Assembly (NCBI GenBank): GCA_030682135.1
Contig: JAUXQT010000035.1
Coordinates: 1,022-65,021, forward strand
Origin: Nitrospirota bacterium
Lineage (GTDB): Bacteria > Nitrospirota > Nitrospiria > Nitrospirales > Nitrospiraceae
Length of the DNA: 64,000 bases
Direction: 5' to 3'
A program made the translations under genes and the position numbers. The notes beneath the pieces are model-generated. The model made no database searches. It was not told the DNA's origin and saw nothing but the letters and a program-made list of their open reading frames with translations. Shown one piece after another: positions 58,118 through 64,000 of this stretch (positions within the stretch are counted from its first letter, which is position 1; each line of letters starts with the position of its first letter).

Positions 58118-58230
58118 TTGGTCTGTCTGGTTCTTCTGGTCTATCTGGTTTCTCAGGTTGGATTTCCGGGCCGGCCAACCAGCCAGGCTCATTCCATGCC
58201 GTGCCTCTCGCCTTTCCCGCACGTCCCGCA
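58118..58230. repeat. RepC composite, truncated copy I (left half)
   Basis: TTGGTCTGTCTGGTTCTTCTGGTCTATCTGGTTTCTCAGG..CCGGCCAACCAGCCAGGCTCATTCCATGCCGTGCC..CCCGCACGTCCCGCA. Confidence 0.8.
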
Positions 58231-58526
58231 CAGACCCAAGGTCCAGCCTGCAACAGCGTAGCGCAGAGCGCGATGAGACGTTGATTCATCCACGTTCTAA
58301 TCTCAGCACTCAGAACCCAGAACTCAGAACTCAGCACTCTCAAAGATCAGCCCCTTCACGCCCCCTCGCACATCATCGTACCTGGGCTAAAGCGGCTTCG
58401 AGGTCGTCGGTGATGGCGTGCGGCGAGAAAAGATTCCCGAGCCCTTTGTTTTGTTCTAAAGAGAGTGATGGAGAAATAGAATACCCCATCACAAGTGGAG
58501 CGATGAGACCTTCTTGGCATCTCCGA

Positions 58527-61500
58527 TTACTTTTTCCCAGCAGCACTTTCAACAATCGACGGGATATCAGAAACTTTCTTGACGATGGCAAAACACCAAT
58601 GTCCATACGTACCGTCAGCATTCACCGCAGCAACCCACCGGTCAGCTGCTGCTCGCTTCACCTCTTCAAGAGGATCATACCCCTTCGTCTCCAAAATTAG
58701 ATGACAAGCTGACTCACCAGTAAGCCGAACAATGAAATCTGGCACGTAGTCGTGCATCTGCCCATTGTGCAAGTAGGGAATCGCGAACCCAAGCCCGGAG
58801 TTTTTAACAAATGCCTCGACAGTCCTATCCTTGTCCAGGTAATAGGTCGCCGATTGTTCCCATTGTTTGGTGTCCGCCACCACGTAGTTAAGATGAGACT
58901 TATTGACTTCACGCACGTCACGGCTCGTCCAAAAATCCACATCCCCAGTAGAACCTGGTCCGCGAGTTGCTTCGTACCGAGGAATTTCTGGAGCTTCCCC
59001 TTGTGTGGTATCAGGTCGAATAGCTTCCAATAACCGTTCAATGACCCACCCATAGTACGGAGCGAGAAAAAGATCTTTTTTGTCAGACGGTGGCCGAGCC
59101 TCGACTTTCGTATCAAGGTACAACTGGATGATATTCGCGAGCTGAGGGAACAGTTTGTGCGGCGGAATCGTGCACTGTTTCTGAGCGGTATACTCTCGCG
59201 CGACCGTCTTCGCGAGATCAAACACCAGCTCCTGCATGCGACGTTTTGCACGAAACTCGTTTAGGGTAACCTCATCCGCTCGTCCAGGCCCACTGAGAGT
59301 GAGCTTGCCCCCCGTGGTAACATGAAGCCCTTTCACATCTACCTCAGGCGGTATTCGGCCTGGCTCCAGGACGAGAGAGGGAACACTCCCCCAGTCCACC
59401 GTCACCCGATTGCGAATGGCTTGGGTATAGCCTTCAACCCGCGGATATGTAATTTCAAACTGTGCCTTCGCTGGGATGGCGTGCACATGATAGCGCTTGA
59501 CGCGCGGCGGCGGCTGACCCTGTGGATTGGCCTTGAATGGGATTACTTCAAAGGGAACACCAAAAACCTTCGCCACTTCCTCTGTAAGCTTGCCGTCGGG
59601 ACCAACGTCATAGTTGGCTCGTCTCAAGCCTCGCCCCACAACCTGCTCGCACAGTAACTGCGACATGAAAGGACGAAGACCGATGATGTGCGTCACCGTG
59701 TTGCAGTCCCATCCCTCCGTGAGCATGCCCACACTGATAATGCACCGCACATCACGACCTGGTGGATGGTCTGGGCGGCCCAGTTTGTCGGCCAATTCCT
59801 TGAAGCCTTCCGGATAGAGAGGCCTTCCTAACCGATCCGCCGGCCAAGTAATCTTCCCCACCGTATCGAGCGTGAATCGCATCCAACGCACTTCGTCATT
59901 CTTCGCTTCACCGGAATCCGATTCAGCAACCACTTTAGAGTCCACGCGAATCGTGTTCTGTCGGCCATTAATATTCTTAAATCCTTCGATCTTCACAGGC
60001 GGAATCCCTGTCGGTGCCTTATCTTCCGCCAGCCATTCGTAGAGGACCTTGGCAATCTGAGTGTTCTTGCACACCAGAATGAACACTGGCGGACGTGGCT
60101 CATCGCGATGGGATACCCACTCGTCCCGTTCCTTCTCCCATAGGCCACCCAACATCGCGATAGGATGATGTGCGTACTTAAGAATGGCCTCAGGCTTAGG
60201 ACTCGCCTTTTTCCCGCCACGTTCAGCCGGAGTAAGCTGTGGCAAAATCCAATGCCAGATGTTGAAGTAACCAGGAATCTCCTTGCCGGTCGCATCACGA
60301 ACAGCCAGCTGAGGAATTTTCACCAAGCCAGACTCAATCGCATCGATGAGCCCGAAGTCGCTCACCACCCACGGGAATGGTCGATTGGTGTCCTGGCCAA
60401 CTCGACCGAGAAAGTACGGAGTAGCGGAGAGATCTAGACAGACGTTAATGCCACGCAATTTCTGAATGCGATCCAGCCCGTTAATCCAGACCGTCGCCTC
60501 TTTGAAGAAATCTTCAGCTTCTTCGTCTTCCCCAAAGAGATCGTCCTCATTCTCCTCGCGTTCCTCACGCACGATACGATAGGCATGATGCGCTTCATCA
60601 TTCATCACGAGGATGTTCTGCTTCCCCCCCACTTCGCGGCCAAGAACGCGATTCACGAGAGCCGTATCGCTCTCAACATACCGTCTCGACTCCACCGTGA
60701 CCTTCTTCAGCGCCCCATCTTTCTCCCGTTCCTCTGTAATCACCATCAACAAACCAGCAGCAACCTGCCGCTCAAAATCTTCCAACGTGAGATAGCGTGT
60801 GCCGCGAGCTGTCGTGGTTTTCGAACTAATAGTGATGGTCTCTCGTGTCCGAACTTCTACGCCTGCCTTATTCACCCTCCCGCCGACCCCGCCCGTTTGA
60901 ATGGCCTGAGGTTCGAATACATGCCAATTGGTGACAAGCACTCGGCCTTGCGAAAGCAGCGGCATCAAGTGAGACGGAACGAGATCACGAGTGCGATACA
61001 GACTCGCTTCTCCTCCTTCGGGAGCCAGCTCCCGAAGCCGATTACGAATCGTCACGTTGGGACAGACCACTAACACGACGTCAGAGAATCGCGCGTCGCT
61101 TCGGTCATTAACCTTGTTGAGTATGCTCCACGCCGCCAGCATACCCATCACAGTGGTCTTGCCGGACCCTGTCGCCATCTTGCTCGCATATCGCCGAAAC
61201 CCCGCGAAGCCTTGCGCGCGTTTCTCAGCGCTGATCTCTTCTTGCGGCACATCGATGCCTTGCCGCAAATCTCCACGAGCCTCAATGAGAAAGATGATCG
61301 TTTCAACCGCATCGAGTTGTGCGAAAAACAGACGCTGCGCTCGCCCATCTCGCCGCCACCACTGCAACAGCTCATGGGTCGTTCTCGTCACGCCCGGATA
61401 GCCATCCGATCGCCACTTCTTAACCTGCGCCCTGATGCGGTTGACCAGCTTCAGCTCAATGGCAGTGCCAGCAACGGTGCCATATTCTTTTTCTGGTTTC

Positions 61501-61643
61501 GCCTTGGGATCACGATAGAAATACATCGACGGTCGACGTCCGAGCCGTTGCTCGGGCATTTCGCCCTCGACGATATGCCAATGCTCTTGAGGTTCTTCGA
61601 AGGGGGAATTCAGGATGGGCTGTGGGACTTCGTAAGCGCTCAT
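58527..61643 (-). CDS. res: Res-type restriction helicase-endonuclease (type III-like R subunit)
   Basis: KMATGSGKTTVMG (Walker A), VMNDEAHHAY (DEAH), helicase C motifs (TEGWDC, QVVGRGLRR), C-terminal nuclease YVPDFIV...LILETKG. Confidence 0.85.
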   Translation of the reverse strand: MSAYEVPQPILNSPFEEPQEHWHIVEGEMPEQRLGRRPSMYFYRDPKAKPEKEYGTVAGTAIELKLVNRIRAQVKKWRSDGYPGVTRTTHELLQWWRRDGRAQRLFFAQLDAVETIIFLIEARGDLRQGIDVPQEEISAEKRAQGFAGFRRYASKMATGSGKTTVMGMLAAWSILNKVNDRSDARFSDVVLVVCPNVTIRNRLRELAPEGGEASLYRTRDLVPSHLMPLLSQGRVLVTNWHVFEPQAIQTGGVGGRVNKAGVEVRTRETITISSKTTTARGTRYLTLEDFERQVAAGLLMVITEEREKDGALKKVTVESRRYVESDTALVNRVLGREVGGKQNILVMNDEAHHAYRIVREEREENEDDLFGEDEEAEDFFKEATVWINGLDRIQKLRGINVCLDLSATPYFLGRVGQDTNRPFPWVVSDFGLIDAIESGLVKIPQLAVRDATGKEIPGYFNIWHWILPQLTPAERGGKKASPKPEAILKYAHHPIAMLGGLWEKERDEWVSHRDEPRPPVFILVCKNTQIAKVLYEWLAEDKAPTGIPPVKIEGFKNINGRQNTIRVDSKVVAESDSGEAKNDEVRWMRFTLDTVGKITWPADRLGRPLYPEGFKELADKLGRPDHPPGRDVRCIISVGMLTEGWDCNTVTHIIGLRPFMSQLLCEQVVGRGLRRANYDVGPDGKLTEEVAKVFGVPFEVIPFKANPQGQPPPRVKRYHVHAIPAKAQFEITYPRVEGYTQAIRNRVTVDWGSVPSLVLEPGRIPPEVDVKGLHVTTGGKLTLSGPGRADEVTLNEFRAKRRMQELVFDLAKTVAREYTAQKQCTIPPHKLFPQLANIIQLYLDTKVEARPPSDKKDLFLAPYYGWVIERLLEAIRPDTTQGEAPEIPRYEATRGPGSTGDVDFWTSRDVREVNKSHLNYVVADTKQWEQSATYYLDKDRTVEAFVKNSGLGFAIPYLHNGQMHDYVPDFIVRLTGESACHLILETKGYDPLEEVKRAAADRWVAAVNADGTYGHWCFAIVKKVSDIPSIVESAAGKK

Positions 61644-63298
61644 AAACTAAAAGCGCGCTGAATAGCGTCGAGCTTCTCTATGACTTCAGGATGAATCTCC
61701 TCCGGTAGCATGACGGAGGCAATCTCATTGAACCGAGTATAGGGAAAAGCATGCAGCCCAGCCGCAGCGAGGATCGGAGGAAGCACCTCGGTCCTCGCTT
61801 TCCGCTGCTGCAAGTACGCGTCCACTAGAGGGTTCGGCCTCAATGGGTCCTGAAGAAATGCCGAGGTGAAGGTTTCCCCCAAATAAGCTTTCATATCCTT
61901 CTTGGCTTCTACAGATTGCGCACCAGCACCTACCTCTTTTTCCACAAAGCGTTCTAATGTAGCTGGATGAATGAGATAGCTTTCAATCTCATAGCGCCGC
62001 CATCGGAGCCGTTGTAACCCTTGGCCCGTGATTGGAGTTTCTGGGACCCGCGGGTTGTCATCCCCATCAAGCAACATCAAGCCTGGGAGTCCGGAAAGAA
62101 CAAGTTGAATGGCTTGGTAATGATCCTCTGCTTTCACACCATGGGCTCCTGGTCGAGGCTCCCACACCGAAGGCCTCCAGAACAGCCTTGTCGTCAACGT
62201 CTGGTAAGCCGGATGGCCGAGAATCTTGGCCCACTCAATGAGTATGTTGATGTCGGTATAACCTTCGACATACAAAATGCCGGGGGCGTCCTGGGCCAGC
62301 ATAATATCTGTGTGAGTCAGAATCCCTAGTGAATCCGCAAGACGTGTGCGCTCGACCACACTGTCGAGTAATCTCGGATGATTCAGGAGCATGCAAAGCT
62401 CTCTTGGATCCACAGAATTGATGATGACTTCCGAGTGCGTGGAAATTATCAATTGAGAGCTGGTCTTGGCTGCCACTGATCGCAGTTCACCATAAATCGC
62501 ATCTTGCAAGATGACGTGCAAATGGGCATCTGGTTCGTCCAGCAATAAGGTCGATCCAGGCCGGGCATGGAGGAATGTGAGAAGCATCAAGACCTGCTGA
62601 AACCCACTGCCGGCATTAGCGATGTCGAGCCGAGGTCCATTAGTTTGAAAACGGTACTCCGCGATGATATCGGCTCCACTCGAATCGGGAGGGAGGATTT
62701 CATAGTTGAAAAGACGACGTATAGAATCTTCGATCTTCGTCCATGCAGAAGACTGGTGGGCCTCCGCCAGCAGGTTACGAATGACATCGCCGGGCTTCCC
62801 CTGGCCTAAAAGCTGATCAACTTTAGGCCGTTGATACACGGGCTCAGCTGTACTGAGACCGGTCATCGGAGGAACAAAGACCGTTTTCAGTTCAGCCTGC
62901 CGCACCATTTCAGGATCGGCATCGGGCTTGGGACGAACATAGACCTGCTCGGTACTGTCGGCCATCAACTCCATCGTCACCCACCAACCCTTGGAGTGAC
63001 GGATTTCGATCTCGATGGAGCCTGAATAGGTACGATTATTCCAAAGAAGATCAAAGGCTCGTAACGGGACCGCGGTGAATGCTTGTCTCGCGATGGGAGC
63101 CTTGGTATAGAACCCTCGGTGGCGCTGATAATCGTGGAGCTGCTTCCAGCGAGTGAGTGCAAGATCCCAGGCCGCGATGGCCTGGAGCATGGTCGTCTTG
63201 CCACAATTGTTTGGCCCTGCCAGGACAATATGGCCTGGGAGATTAAATGTCACATCCTGAAAGCGTTTGAATCGTCGGATTGTGACCCGTTCAATCAT
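61640..63298 (-). CDS. fused ABC-type ATPase / Toprim (DUF4435-like) protein, OLD/PARIS-like
   Basis: LAGPNNCGKTT (Walker A), GSGFQQV, LLLDEPDAHLH (Walker B), IISTHS, then ILYVEGYTDINIL and LMLLDGDDN (Toprim Glu and DxD). ATGA overlaps on both sides. Confidence 0.7.
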   Translation of the reverse strand: MIERVTIRRFKRFQDVTFNLPGHIVLAGPNNCGKTTMLQAIAAWDLALTRWKQLHDYQRHRGFYTKAPIARQAFTAVPLRAFDLLWNNRTYSGSIEIEIRHSKGWWVTMELMADSTEQVYVRPKPDADPEMVRQAELKTVFVPPMTGLSTAEPVYQRPKVDQLLGQGKPGDVIRNLLAEAHQSSAWTKIEDSIRRLFNYEILPPDSSGADIIAEYRFQTNGPRLDIANAGSGFQQVLMLLTFLHARPGSTLLLDEPDAHLHVILQDAIYGELRSVAAKTSSQLIISTHSEVIINSVDPRELCMLLNHPRLLDSVVERTRLADSLGILTHTDIMLAQDAPGILYVEGYTDINILIEWAKILGHPAYQTLTTRLFWRPSVWEPRPGAHGVKAEDHYQAIQLVLSGLPGLMLLDGDDNPRVPETPITGQGLQRLRWRRYEIESYLIHPATLERFVEKEVGAGAQSVEAKKDMKAYLGETFTSAFLQDPLRPNPLVDAYLQQRKARTEVLPPILAAAGLHAFPYTRFNEIASVMLPEEIHPEVIEKLDAIQRAFSL

Positions 63299-64000
63299 CG
63301 CCTAGCCCCGTTGAGCTTCTTCACGACCAGCAACTCATTGCCCCGATCGTCGATCACTTTGACGGCAATCTGCTTGTGCTCGCCCGCTTGGAACGGCGCG
63401 CTCGTCGCCCCGGAAAGATGATCCCACACGGATTCTTCATACTCGCCTTTGAGCGCTTTCTTCAGATTGTCCCAGGCGCTGGTACGAGGGAAGAAGGCTT
63501 GCGAGACATGGAAGCAGAGATCGTTGTAGTCCGTATCGAGGAACCAGGCCGGCACATCGTCACCGCTTCGATGCGTTACGTCCATGGTGATGGGATCGAA
63601 CACATCCAGACCGAGTAGCTCGACTCGATAGAGATCCTCCCCACCTTTCACCTTTTCCTTTTCACGTTTCACGCTTATTTCCGGTTGCCCACACACGCTG
63701 AAAATCTGGCTCGATCGCATGTTCTTGAGCAGATCGCCCATCATGAGGTCTGGCGTCGCCTGGACGTAGGTGGCAGGGACGCCCATCACATCGGCGCACT
63801 TGTCCACGAGAGTGCGTGCGTTGGGTTGAATGGCGAAACCGATCACATAGAGATGGGTGTAATTCTTTGCGTGGGCCTCGCGCGCCGCCTCATACACCAG
63901 CTTCTCGCTGACGGCGCCATTCTCCGGGCCGAAGACAAAGGCGACAGGCTTCTCCTGGCCATTGGTGACCAACGCTTCAGCGGATAGCGACAGCGTCTTC
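63295..64000 (-). CDS. mod: C-terminal part of a putative Mod-type DNA methyltransferase (5' end beyond the window)
   Basis: The frame stays open to position 64000 (the track's start is an internal TTG). The tail ...QIAVKVIDDRGNELLVV recalls methylase C-terminal regions. The catalytic motifs would lie outside the window, so the call rests on context. Confidence 0.45.
   Translation of the reverse strand, partial: KTLSLSAEALVTNGQEKPVAFVFGPENGAVSEKLVYEAAREAHAKNYTHLYVIGFAIQPNARTLVDKCADVMGVPATYVQATPDLMMGDLLKNMRSSQIFSVCGQPEISVKREKEKVKGGEDLYRVELLGLDVFDPITMDVTHRSGDDVPAWFLDTDYNDLCFHVSQAFFPRTSAWDNLKKALKGEYEESVWDHLSGATSAPFQAGEHKQIAVKVIDDRGNELLVVKKLNGARR

Noticed and set aside
36668-58230. RepC arrays as CRISPR arrays
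   Set aside because: The units are 9 nt and contiguous with no unique spacers. Each locus is an inverted pair of arms, and no cas genes are present.
49357-58230. Repeat-bracketed TA units as genuine integron cassettes
   Set aside because: There is no intI-like integrase, and I could not recognise attI or an attC core (GTTRRRY). The cassette analogy is kept only as a hypothesis in the findings.
58302-58341. Short run of CTCAG(A/C)A heptamers downstream of res
   Set aside because: There are only about five imperfect units and it occurs once. This is probably slippage-type low complexity without evident function.
1-64000. tRNA, rRNA, tmRNA and RNase P genes
   Set aside because: I scanned the intergenic regions by eye for T-loop (GGTTCGAATCC-like) and acceptor patterns and found none. 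A tRNAscan/Infernal run would be the proper test.

Overview
High-GC bacterial chromosomal window. The gene content (SmbP, Pup, H+-pyrophosphatase) is reminiscent of a Nitrospirota-type organism, but that is only a guess. The first ~43 kb is mostly housekeeping: ffh, uvrB, uvrA, a DEAD-box helicase, two RRM RNA-binding proteins, TolC, peptidases, a deacetylase/multihaem cytochrome/rhodanese/SmbP string, pepF, bfd, a SWIM-SNF2 helicase, spoT/relA, recJ, an orphan pup and hppA. From ~43.4 kb the window becomes an accessory mosaic. Six of the window's seven toxin-antitoxin-type modules lie here: MazEF, DUF433/DUF5615, HigBA, DUF4258 with three DUF2283 genes, DUF6883/DUF4926, and Phd with a nonsense-mutated RelE. 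The seventh, ParE, sits at 18.4 kb. A NERD protein and small membrane ORFs are interleaved with core genes (a desaturase, hflX). Four families of non-coding palindromic repeats occur in more than 25 copies, and I found no transposase or integrase. The window ends in a translationally coupled cassette of mod, a fused ABC-ATPase/Toprim (OLD/PARIS-like) gene and res. I rank this cassette as the best candidate for an undescribed defence arrangement. Other notable points:
- a diverged duplicate of the uvrA 3' end marks an insertion carrying a ParE module;
- a 390-aa protein with a PD-(D/E)xK signature lies behind an AT-rich spacer;
- the two RRM genes share a conserved 5' leader;
- the repeat termini donate stop codons to neighbouring genes.
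I recognised no rRNA, tRNA or CRISPR array. All family names come from motif recognition by eye, not from searches.
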